Position numbers and translations under genes: made by a program. From Sedimentisphaerales bacterium (lineage in GTDB: Bacteria > Planctomycetota > Phycisphaerae > Sedimentisphaerales > SM23-30): 64,000 nt of DNA. Below the pieces are notes generated by a model. That model was not told the DNA's origin and searched no databases. It saw only the letters and a list, made by a program, of their open reading frames with translations. The DNA is taken from positions 96,001 through 160,000 of the forward strand of contig CAXXFK010000030.1 of the NCBI GenBank assembly GCA_963663965.2, written 5' to 3'. This document shows positions 32,359 to 41,200 of the stretch, piece after piece. Numbering within the stretch: the stretch's first letter is position 1; every line of letters starts with the position of its first letter.

Positions 32359-32840
32359 TAGTTGGGTTTGTTGGGGGTGGTTGGCGGGAAGAGGGTCATG
32401 CCGGCGCGTTGGAGGAAGGGGTGGAACTGGCCCAGGCGGGTGAGGCATTCGATGGCGGAAACGTTGAGGAGCGGGAGGGTGTTCTGGACGAGGCGGGGGC
32501 CGAGGCCCCAGCCGCGGAGGAGCGGGTGGATGACGATGCGGCTGAGGCAGCGCATGTCGGTATTGAGGCGGGTGAGGTGGCGGCCGCGGACTTCGGGCGG
32601 GTAGAGGCCGTTGAGGGCCTGGGAGCGGGCGGCGGAGTTGGGGATGCAGTAGCCGTAGACGATGACGCCGGCGAGCCGGTTGGGGATGGCGCGGAGGCGG
32701 GGATGGTCGGGGAGCTGGAGGGCGAAGATGCGGGCGATGGGGCCGAGTCTGGGGTTGCAGTAGTGGTATTGGGCGAGGGAGCGCCAGGCGGCGCGGTCGG
32801 CGGGGATGACCTGGGATGACTGGATGAGTGAACCGATCAT
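32265..32840 (-). CDS. GNAT-fold acetyltransferase-like protein
   Basis: WRSLAQYHY; LSRIVIHPLLRGWGLG acetyl-CoA-binding motif; AAGGAGGT RBS. Confidence 0.75.
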   Translation of the reverse strand: MIGSLIQSSQVIPADRAAWRSLAQYHYCNPRLGPIARIFALQLPDHPRLRAIPNRLAGVIVYGYCIPNSAARSQALNGLYPPEVRGRHLTRLNTDMRCLSRIVIHPLLRGWGLGPRLVQNTLPLLNVSAIECLTRLGQFHPFLQRAGMTLFPPTTPNKPNYYLWLNPDITISSALPLTRSRPIQIRSNESG

Positions 32841-33604
32841 GATGGGGACCTCCTTTTTCAAGATATTAGAGCGGGTTTCACACGAAGGCACGAAGCCACG
32901 AAGATTAACAGCCGAAAAGGCGAACCACGAATTCACACGAATGGACACTAATATTAGATAAAGAATATATATTAAAAATACAATAATACTATATCAGGCT
33001 AGTATTGCACATAGGTGTAAAGCCGTAAAAAAAACAGCTAAACAGCCGATAGAACCACGAAGCGCCTTCGGCTTCACGAAGAGCGCCTGCGGCGCTACAC
33101 GAAGGGCCGGTGGCCTGGTTTAGAGTTAAGGATATCGATAGTTTGTTTTTGGGATGAATCATAAGGGACCGCGTTACTGAAAAAGATAAAAAAGGGTAAC
33201 AGCCGGTAGAACCACGGAATACACGGAACACACGGAAAAAAATGCAATAGTAATAAAATAGATATATAATATATAATAACGTAATAGCGTGCGAGGCGTT
33301 GGCTGGTTTTGAGGTTAGAGGGCTTAATATTTTGTTTTTGGGATGAATCATTATGATTGACTCGATTAATGGGTATAGGTGTTCACATAGTCATCGCTTT
33401 GGAATTATGCTGCCCTTGCAGGGCGATAGCTGTCCCGGCGGGTTCAGACCCAGGGTTGCACTCGCTGCGCTCGTTTTCCCTCTGGGTTATGTTATAATGG
33501 CCCCGCCTGAGGCGGATCTTCGACCTCCGGGCCGTTTAGGTAACCGCCTTCGGCGGAAACTATTTTTGTGTGTTCACTAACTAATGGGTTATGGTTTGTT
33601 GCTT

Positions 33605-34282
33605 TCATGGGTCATTCTTTGGTTGGTGGTGGCTGGTCTGGGACTGGCCGTTGGGGTAGCGGCGGATGAGGGTGTCGGGTTGGAGGTCATCGATGAGGTC
33701 GTCGCGGTGTGAGGCGAGGATGAAGCGGGTGTGGGACCGGCGTGACCATTGTCGGATGCGGTGGCAGAGTCCGGCGGCGGTGATGAGGTCGAGTGAGGCG
33801 GCGAATTCATCGGCGCAGATAACGGCGGGTTTGAAGCTCATGGCGCGGGCCAGTCGGAGGCGATCGAGTTCGCCGACGCTGAGGTTGGGTCGCAGCCAGA
33901 CGGCCGGTTCGCTGAGGCCGGCGAGGGTGAGGAACTGGAGGGCCTGGTCGAGCGGCAGGTGGTTGAAGCAGTCGGCGGGCGCGGCGCCGGAGGGAATGGA
34001 GATGGCGTTGAGGTCAACGAGCTGGCGCGGATCGGGCCAGGCGGTGTGCAGGTGGCGGAGGATGGCCTGGAAGGTGAGTGATTTGCCAGAGCCGCTGGGG
34101 CCGGTGAGGTAGACGATCTGGCCGGGGGACAGGCTGAAGGGTCGGGGCGGGGCCGGCTGGAAGGCGGGTTGGCGTTCTATGGGCAGCCCAAAATGGCGGG
34201 CCAGTTCGAGGCCGCGCGCGCTGAGAAATGGGGTATTTGTGTTATTGAGATCGGCGAGATTTATCGTGCATTGAGTTCCCAT
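33605..34282 (-). CDS. Stand-alone ABC-type ATPase (no permease)
   Basis: GPSGSGKS, LSVGE signature, ICADEF/SLD, ILASH; GGAGG RBS. Confidence 0.85.
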   Translation of the reverse strand: MGTQCTINLADLNNTNTPFLSARGLELARHFGLPIERQPAFQPAPPRPFSLSPGQIVYLTGPSGSGKSLTFQAILRHLHTAWPDPRQLVDLNAISIPSGAAPADCFNHLPLDQALQFLTLAGLSEPAVWLRPNLSVGELDRLRLARAMSFKPAVICADEFAASLDLITAAGLCHRIRQWSRRSHTRFILASHRDDLIDDLQPDTLIRRYPNGQSQTSHHQPKNDP

Positions 34283-34301
34283 GGTTTTCCTCCAAATATT
34301 T

Positions 34302-34730
34302 TCATCCGCATTGCTGGCGGGTGAGTGTGTCGAGTCGGTTCTGGATGGTTTCGATGCGGCGTCGGACTTCGTAGCTGCCGAGTTGTCGTTTTTGTGCGAT
34401 TTTGCGGTAGCCGAGGTTGAGCATGAAACTGTCGTAGGCGATCTGGCGGTCGAGGGGGTGGAACTGGTCCCGGTGGCGGATGATATCGATGTAGCGGCCG
34501 TGGATCAGGCGGCGGGAAAGGGATTTGATGCGGGAGGCGATGGTTTTTTCGGAGGCGTGCAGCAGGCCGGCCAGGGACCGGATGGGAATATGGTGGATGA
34601 GATGGGCCTCCATGAGGGTTCGTTCGTGGGGCTCGAGCCATTGCAGTCTGAGGCGGACGGCTTCGGTGAGATTGGGGCAGCGGCCGGGATTTCTGGCGGA
34701 TTCGACCGAGAAATTATCCAGATTTATCAT
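34302..34730 (-). CDS. Tandem HTH (sigma region 4-like) protein
   Basis: IPIRSLAGLLHASEKTIASRI and LGYRKIAQKRQLGSYEVRRRI; AGGAGGT RBS. Confidence 0.65.
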   Translation of the reverse strand: MINLDNFSVESARNPGRCPNLTEAVRLRLQWLEPHERTLMEAHLIHHIPIRSLAGLLHASEKTIASRIKSLSRRLIHGRYIDIIRHRDQFHPLDRQIAYDSFMLNLGYRKIAQKRQLGSYEVRRRIETIQNRLDTLTRQQCG

Positions 34731-34969
34731 ATAACACCTCCTGTTTTATTGTTGCATATACCAATAACATATGATATAATATACTTAACAGGAAACTATT
34801 TCCAGGAAAAAATATTAGAAATGTATAAAATAATCTGTAATTAGTTGACAAGAAAACATTTTGGTGCATAATTTTATTTGAATAACTGGATTTTTAGTTC
34901 CTTGGGTTATTAAAATATGAATGAAGACGTTTGATCACTATTAACTGAAAAAAAATTTAACCGGAGGCG
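34731..34969. promoter_or_regulatory. AT-rich divergent control region
   Basis: TTGACA-16nt-CATAAT at ~34845-34872 toward the repressor; weak minus-strand promoter toward the HTH gene. Confidence 0.5.
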
Positions 34970-35764
34970 ATGGCCATGTCATTAGGATCGATGATTCGTA
35001 AGAAGCGTGAAGAAAAAGGTTTAACACTTGACGAGATGAGCCGGCGCACAGGCTACAGCAAGCCCTATATTTCAACTGTGGAGACGGGCCGGGTGAAAAA
35101 TCCGCCAGCGGATGAACTCTTGGTGAAGCTGGAAGAGATTCTGGAGTTTGATGACGGGACATTATTACACATTGCGCATATGGAAAAACTGCCGACGGAT
35201 ATCCGTCAGGCGTTTGAGGACAGTCAGGCGGAGAATGAGCACTGGCGCTCGTTGTTGAATGAGATGATCAGCAAGCAGCCTGAGCTGGGCAAGAAGATGA
35301 AGTCAGACAAGTTTTATGACAAGATTCTGAGACCGGACCAGAACTTTATCAAGATGGCGACGGCTGGCCGGATGGTGCCGGTGATTAACAAGGTCACCGC
35401 GGGTTATCCATTGGATTACGATGATATGGGCTATCCACCGGGCAGCGCGGATGATTATATCCGGTGCACCGACCTGCATGATCCGAACGCGTTTGCGGTG
35501 CGTGTAGTGGGTGATTCGATGGAGCCGAAGTATATAGAGGGAGATATTGTGGTGTTTTCACCGAACAGCCAGGTGGAGAATGGCGATGATTGCTTTATCC
35601 GGCTGACAGATCCTCATGAAACGACGTTTAAGCAGGTGTTTTTTGAGGATTCTGGTTTGATCCGGTTGCAGCCCCGGAACCATATTTATCCGCCGATGAT
35701 TTTGGAAGAGAGTAAAGTGAATGGAATCTGGAAGGCGGTGATCCGACAGGAACGACTGGACTGA
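34970..35764 (+). CDS. CI/LexA-like repressor (XRE HTH + S24 peptidase)
   Basis: N-terminal XRE HTH; VTAG cleavage-site motif; VVGDSMEP catalytic Ser; TTFKQ catalytic Lys. Confidence 0.9.
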   Translation: MAMSLGSMIRKKREEKGLTLDEMSRRTGYSKPYISTVETGRVKNPPADELLVKLEEILEFDDGTLLHIAHMEKLPTDIRQAFEDSQAENEHWRSLLNEMISKQPELGKKMKSDKFYDKILRPDQNFIKMATAGRMVPVINKVTAGYPLDYDDMGYPPGSADDYIRCTDLHDPNAFAVRVVGDSMEPKYIEGDIVVFSPNSQVENGDDCFIRLTDPHETTFKQVFFEDSGLIRLQPRNHIYPPMILEESKVNGIWKAVIRQERLD

Positions 35765-36104
35765 CCAGCGGGTGTTGTACCTGGGACACGTTGATCCATT
35801 TAAGCCCAATGGGAAAGAAGATTCCCGAACGCACGCCAGATAAATTTTTACGCGTGTAGAAGTTATATCACGGCCCAGCGGGCATATTCCCTGGTAAGCA
35901 GTATATAATTTCAGAGAGGTGGTTATTTATATTGACCGCCTGTAGGATTGACGATAAACTCCCAAGAGATCAGCGAGAGAGCGCCGTCAGGTCCGATAAC
36001 TTGTCGGCGTATTGAGTTGATTGTTATCAGAACAAAGTATATCAACGAGTTATAACTCCCGCCCAGGTTGCCTCAAGGTCAGTACGGCAGGGATAACAAG
36101 CTAT

Positions 36105-36968
36105 ATGAGTAAAAAACCGCATACCTCATTTTCTGAAGATTTCAGGATATTTTTCTTCAGAGGACTTGCTACCCTCCTGCCTACTATTCTTACGATATTC
36201 CTATTAATCAAGTGTTATGACTTTGTCCAAGTGAATATCAGCCGCCATATCACGGACGGATTGATCTGGTGTGTGGTGACGATCTGTGACAAGGCTGTTG
36301 CAGAGTATCCGAATCTGAGCAATGAGGAAATAAAAAAATATATTAACGTCGTCAAACCTCATGATTTCAATCCAAATGACGATAAAGATAAAACAGCCGT
36401 AAGGTTATGGACCTTGCGGCAAAAATGGAACCATGAGCCTCATTCGCTCGTAGGATTCGTACTGGCAATCATGCTGGTATATATTATCGGACGCCTGCTG
36501 GCGAGCTATCTGGGCCATAGTTTATGGTCCTTATTTGAGAAATCCGTGCAACAGGTGCCCGGATTCAAGCAAGTATATCCCTATATCAAGCAAGTAACAG
36601 ATTTTCTTTTTGGAGAAAATAAGATAGAATTTAACCGGGTAGTCGTAGTTCCCTACCCGCGTAAAGGACTGTGGTCGTTGGGCCTGGTGACAGGCGATGG
36701 CTTGAGCCATGTTTCGGAGAGTACTGGAGAGCAATATATAACGGTATTCATTCCGAGTTCCCCGACGCCCGTGACCGGTTATATTATCCAGGTGCCCAAG
36801 CATGAGGCGATCGACCTGCCGATCACGATCGAAGAGGCGATCCGCTTTACGGTAAGTGGCGGGGTGATATCGCCGGATCAGCCGCTGTTGAAGGGGCGTA
36901 GCAAGCCGATCCAGATCGACCCAGTCAAGACGGAACGCAATCCTGTAAATGAAGGAGATGACCCATGA
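36105..36968 (+). CDS. DUF502 membrane protein
   Basis: FFRGLATLLP, VVVVPYPRKG, VFIPSSPTPVTGY, SGG. Confidence 0.85.
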   Translation: MSKKPHTSFSEDFRIFFFRGLATLLPTILTIFLLIKCYDFVQVNISRHITDGLIWCVVTICDKAVAEYPNLSNEEIKKYINVVKPHDFNPNDDKDKTAVRLWTLRQKWNHEPHSLVGFVLAIMLVYIIGRLLASYLGHSLWSLFEKSVQQVPGFKQVYPYIKQVTDFLFGENKIEFNRVVVVPYPRKGLWSLGLVTGDGLSHVSESTGEQYITVFIPSSPTPVTGYIIQVPKHEAIDLPITIEEAIRFTVSGGVISPDQPLLKGRSKPIQIDPVKTERNPVNEGDDP

Positions 36969-37312
36969 TCGTAAAAATCACCGGCAAACACATGGAATTA
37001 ACGGACGCCATGAAGACCTATGCCGAGAAGAAAGTGGCCAAGATCATAAAATTTCATGATAAGGTTTCGGAAATCGAAGTGATTTTCGATGTGGAGGGTC
37101 AGAAGACCCATGTAGAATTGATCGTTTGTGTGGCGAATCATACCAAGCCGTTTGTGGTCACGACCAGTGACGAAGACGCATATGCCTGTCTGGACCTGGC
37201 GATCGACAAGATGGATCGTCAGATCGTCAAACACAAGGAGAAGGCGCGCAATCATAAGGGCAAAACCGGGGCTGGTGAAGCGGCCGCGGAAGTGCTCGAA
37301 TCGAAGGAATAA
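36965..37312 (+). CDS. raiA: Ribosome hibernation promoting factor (HPF/RaiA)
   Basis: ITGKHMELTDAMKTYAEKK...DAYACLDLAIDKMDRQIVKHKEK. Confidence 0.9.
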   Translation: MIVKITGKHMELTDAMKTYAEKKVAKIIKFHDKVSEIEVIFDVEGQKTHVELIVCVANHTKPFVVTTSDEDAYACLDLAIDKMDRQIVKHKEKARNHKGKTGAGEAAAEVLESKE

Positions 37313-37541
37313 GCCCTGGCGCGCCGGGGCTGTCTCAGGATCCGGCGCGGCAGGTGAGACATTGTCCGAGTCCGGGGTCGTAGAGACCCGGTTTCGGAGG
37401 GCGAGAGGCATCGGCCATGGACTCATGGCGTTGCTGGGCCCGCTGCTATAATAATTATTGTAATGACCTCAAAGGCGCATGCGTCTAACGGGGCGTTGAA
37501 CCTGTTCAATGGGCATTATTGTCCAGTGGAGTAAATGACCG

Positions 37542-38021
37542 ATGAAACTTTGTGATTTCATAGTAGCCGAGGCGATCGTGCCGGATTTGCAAGCGAGCAC
37601 GCGGGACGACGCCATTCGGGAGCTGGTGGGCCACCTGAAAGACGCCGGCAAGATCAGCGAAACAGATTTTGAAGATATCGTGAGCAAGCTCATCGAGCGG
37701 GAACGCCAGGGGAGTACGGGAATCGGCAAGGGAATCGCCGTGCCGCATATCAAGCATCCGGCGGTTACGCAGATCATCGGCACCATCGGCCGGAGCGCCG
37801 AAGGGATGGACTTTAATTCACTGGACAAGGCGCCGGTTTATTCCATCATGCTGCTGGTGAGTCCTCCGAATAATCCGGACAAGCATCTGGAAGCGATGGA
37901 GCGGTTGTTTTCGCATTTGCAGCGTGATATGTTCCGCAAGTTTCTGCGTCAGGCCGAAACCCAGCAGGAAATTGTCGATCTACTGAAGGAAGCTGACGAA
38001 TCGACGGACAGCGCGCTGTAG
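37542..38021 (+). CDS. ptsN: PTS IIA (Ntr/fructose-type) component
   Basis: RERQGSTGIGKGIAVPH; FNSLDKAPV. Confidence 0.85.
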   Translation: MKLCDFIVAEAIVPDLQASTRDDAIRELVGHLKDAGKISETDFEDIVSKLIERERQGSTGIGKGIAVPHIKHPAVTQIIGTIGRSAEGMDFNSLDKAPVYSIMLLVSPPNNPDKHLEAMERLFSHLQRDMFRKFLRQAETQQEIVDLLKEADESTDSAL

Positions 38022-38101
38022 CGGTCTGTCGGACGAGAGTCAGCGTGGCGAGATAAAGAACCCCGTGTCAAGCGGGGCGACCCATTAACCAAGAGGACCA
38101 C

Positions 38102-38377
38102 GTGGCCGCCGATACAAAAAAACTGGAGCGATTTGTCGAAGTAGGCATCGAAGACGGGCTGCATATGCGTCCGGCGATGAAGCTGGTGGACCGCGCGAAT
38201 GGATTTCGCAGCGAGATTACGGTTTCGTACAACGATCTATCGGTAGACGGCAAGAGCATCATGCAGGTGACCATGCTGGCGGCGACGAAGGGGACCCGGT
38301 TGTTAATTGTCGCGGAGGGTCCTGATGCCGCCGAGGCGCTGGAGGCCCTGGCGGCGATCATCGAGCACCCGGAATAG
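38102..38377 (+). CDS. ptsH: HPr phosphocarrier
   Basis: GLHMRPA (His15), DGKSIM (Ser46). Confidence 0.9.
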   Translation: MAADTKKLERFVEVGIEDGLHMRPAMKLVDRANGFRSEITVSYNDLSVDGKSIMQVTMLAATKGTRLLIVAEGPDAAEALEALAAIIEHPE

Positions 38378-38557
38378 CGCGGGAGCGGCGGCCGGGAGGA
38401 GGCATAGAGCAGAAAAGGAAATTCGGCATGGTTCAATCGATATTGAGCCACGAACCGGGACTGTCAGCGGGATTCGAGCCCGCGGCCCGGGGAGCCGTGA
38501 AGGAATCCGATACAGAACTTTTGCGACGCCACGGCGTCCACTGAAAAGCGAACCGCC

Positions 38558-40315
38558 ATGGAGATTATCAAGGGTATAGGCGTATCGCAGGGCGTGGCCA
38601 TCTGCCCGGCCGTGATACTTGAGACGGAAGACTTCAACATTCCGCACCGCACCGTGCCGGCCGCGAACGCGCGGCACGAGATACAATCTCTGCGCAAGGC
38701 GTTTCTGGACGCGACCCAGGAGGTGTCGGATTTACAGGTATCGCAGGCGGGCCTGCTGGACAGTTCGGTGAAGGACATTTTTGCGGTGCATCTGCACTTT
38801 TTGCGGGATCGCACCCTGCGCAAGCGGATGACGGATCTGATCGGTGAGAAGCATTATTCGGCGGAATACGCGGTGAGCGTGGTGATGCGGGATATTGCCA
38901 AGCATTTTGCCTCGGCGCGCGACCGGTATATTTCGGAACGCGCCAGCGATATTTTCGATATCGAGCGGCGTTTGATCCGTCATCTGACGGGTGAGCGTCG
39001 CAGCGACCTGCAGAACCTGACCGAGCAGGTGGTGATTGTGGCGCATGACCTGACGCCGACGCAGACGGCCCAGTTCAACAAGGAGCTGGTGAAGGGGTTT
39101 GCCACGGACGAGGGGGGCCGGACCTCGCATACGGCGATTGTGGCGCGTTCGCTGGGGATCCCGGCGGTGGTGGCGCTGGGCAATGTGACCGCATCGGTGA
39201 ACCTGGGGGACCGGGTGATCGTGGATGGCAATCGCGGGATTGTGATTGTCAATCCGGACCCGGCCACGCTGGACGATTACAAAAAGTATGTACAGACGAT
39301 CCGTCAGCATGAGCATGAGCTGGATGAAGTGGCGAAACTGCCGGCGGTGACGCTGGACGGTCAGTCGATCGAGTTGCTGGGGAATATCGAGTTTCCGAGC
39401 GAGTCGCAGATTGTCTTGAACAAGGGCGGCGCGGGGATCGGATTGTACCGGACGGAGTTTCTTTATCTGGAGGCCAACGAGGATCCAACGGAAGAGGACC
39501 ATTACCGGGCGTATGTGGATGTGCTGGAGGCGTTTGGCAAGCTGCCGGTGACGATCCGGACGATCGACCTGGGCGCGGATAAATTTACGCAGCAGCGGAG
39601 CGGATTGCCGGAGCGGAACCCGTTTCTGGGGTTGCGGTCGATCCGGTACTGTTTACAGAATCTGCCGATTTTCAAAACGCAGATCCGGGCGATATTGCGC
39701 GCGTCGGTCAAGGGTCAGGTAAAGATCATGTTCCCGCTGATCACGAACCTGCTGGAGGTGCGTCAGGCGAAATGGGTGGTGGCGGATGTGATGGAGGATC
39801 TGGAAGAGCAGGGGATCGAATTCGACACGGAGATCCCGATCGGGATCATGATCGAGACCCCGGCGGCGGCGCTGACGGTGGATCATCTGGCCGACGAGGT
39901 GGATTTCTTTTCGATCGGCACCAATGACCTGATTCAGTACACCCTGGCGGTGGACCGGGTGAATGAGAAGGTGGCATCGTTATACAGTCCGCTGCATCCG
40001 GCGATATTGATGCTGCTGGATAAGATCGCCAAGGCGGCGAACCGGGCCCGGATCGGGGTGAGCATCTGCGGGGAGATGGCGTCGGAATCGGAATTGATCC
40101 CGTTATTGATCGGGCTGGGCTTTGACACCTTGTCGGTGGCGCCGCCCATGATTCCCGAGGCGAAAAAGATCGTGCGTTCGGTGAATACCGAGTATTGCCG
40201 GCAGATCGCCCGGCGCGCGTTGACCTTTGATACCGATACACAAACCGTCAGCTATTTGCGCGAAGAGTTGCGCAAGATCCAGAACGGGGAAGTGGGGACC
40301 GAGGATACCTGCTGA
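38558..40315 (+). CDS. ptsI: PTS enzyme I
   Basis: GGRTSHTAIVAR, GLYRTEF, ERNPFLGLR, DFFSIGTNDL, CGEMA. Confidence 0.95.
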   Translation: MEIIKGIGVSQGVAICPAVILETEDFNIPHRTVPAANARHEIQSLRKAFLDATQEVSDLQVSQAGLLDSSVKDIFAVHLHFLRDRTLRKRMTDLIGEKHYSAEYAVSVVMRDIAKHFASARDRYISERASDIFDIERRLIRHLTGERRSDLQNLTEQVVIVAHDLTPTQTAQFNKELVKGFATDEGGRTSHTAIVARSLGIPAVVALGNVTASVNLGDRVIVDGNRGIVIVNPDPATLDDYKKYVQTIRQHEHELDEVAKLPAVTLDGQSIELLGNIEFPSESQIVLNKGGAGIGLYRTEFLYLEANEDPTEEDHYRAYVDVLEAFGKLPVTIRTIDLGADKFTQQRSGLPERNPFLGLRSIRYCLQNLPIFKTQIRAILRASVKGQVKIMFPLITNLLEVRQAKWVVADVMEDLEEQGIEFDTEIPIGIMIETPAAALTVDHLADEVDFFSIGTNDLIQYTLAVDRVNEKVASLYSPLHPAILMLLDKIAKAANRARIGVSICGEMASESELIPLLIGLGFDTLSVAPPMIPEAKKIVRSVNTEYCRQIARRALTFDTDTQTVSYLREELRKIQNGEVGTEDTC

Positions 40316-40403
40316 CCGGCGAAGAACTATTAAAGGCATGAGGAAAGCTCCCGACTGACTGAAAGCAGTCATGCGGGATCTTTCCTCCTGACCGTCCATT
40401 TTT

Positions 40404-41096
40404 ATGGATCAGAAAAGCGAAACAAAATACAAACTGGCCGTCTGGTTTGCCATTGGCGGCGACAAGCGGTTTCTGTCGCATCGTGACACAATCCGATTCT
40501 GGCATCGCGCCCTGGTGCGCGCGCGGGTGCCGGTCGTCTATTCCAAGGGATTCAATCCACACATTCGGTTTTCGATGCCGCTGCCCCGATCGGTAGGAAC
40601 GGCGGGCGCGTGTGAATTGATGCTGGTGGAGGTTCCGTGGCAGTCAGACCTGACGGGTTGGACCGAAGCGCTGGCCGGGACGCTGCCGGAGGAGATTGCC
40701 CTGCTGGGTCTGCAATGGATCGCGTGTCCGATCGATGTGCAGCCGTTATGGGCGGATTACCGGATCGGGTTCGATCCGGCGGCAGCGGACGAACTGGCGG
40801 TGAAGGTGGCGGCGTTTGAGCAGGCGGAGCGCTGGCCGGTCTCGCGGCCGAAGCGGGGCAAGCATCTGGCGCGGACCATCGATTTGAAAGAGCAGGTGGC
40901 GCGGTTGCGACTGGAAGCGGGCGCGGTCTGCTGCCGGGTATTGCCGGGGTCGAGCGCGACGGTGCGGATCGATGAACTGATGGCGGCGCTGGGTTATGAC
41001 ACGGAGCGTCTGCCGCTGCGAATCGACCGGGTGGGAGTGGGCTGGCGGCCGCCATTGGATCGCGCGCCGGCAGTGGAGGTGATCCGTGACGAGTGA
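40404..41096 (+). CDS. DUF2344 (radical SAM-linked) protein
   Basis: RFLSHRD...RALVRA...YSKGFNPH...LP.SVG. Confidence 0.85.
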   Translation: MDQKSETKYKLAVWFAIGGDKRFLSHRDTIRFWHRALVRARVPVVYSKGFNPHIRFSMPLPRSVGTAGACELMLVEVPWQSDLTGWTEALAGTLPEEIALLGLQWIACPIDVQPLWADYRIGFDPAAADELAVKVAAFEQAERWPVSRPKRGKHLARTIDLKEQVARLRLEAGAVCCRVLPGSSATVRIDELMAALGYDTERLPLRIDRVGVGWRPPLDRAPAVEVIRDE

Positions 41097-41200
41097 GGAT
41101 GGAATGGGCCTGAAGGGCCAGGAAAATTTGAGTATAAGCCGGAATGCCGGCTTTGAACATAACACAAAATAAATGAAACGAAGTAAAGAAGACAACAATC

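Noticed and set aside
26238..35764. Intact prophage
   Set aside because: No integrase, portal, capsid, tail or lysis genes; interrupted by host-type genes
34970..35764. Canonical lexA
   Set aside because: The N-terminal domain is an XRE-type HTH, not the LexA winged helix, so no gene symbol was assigned
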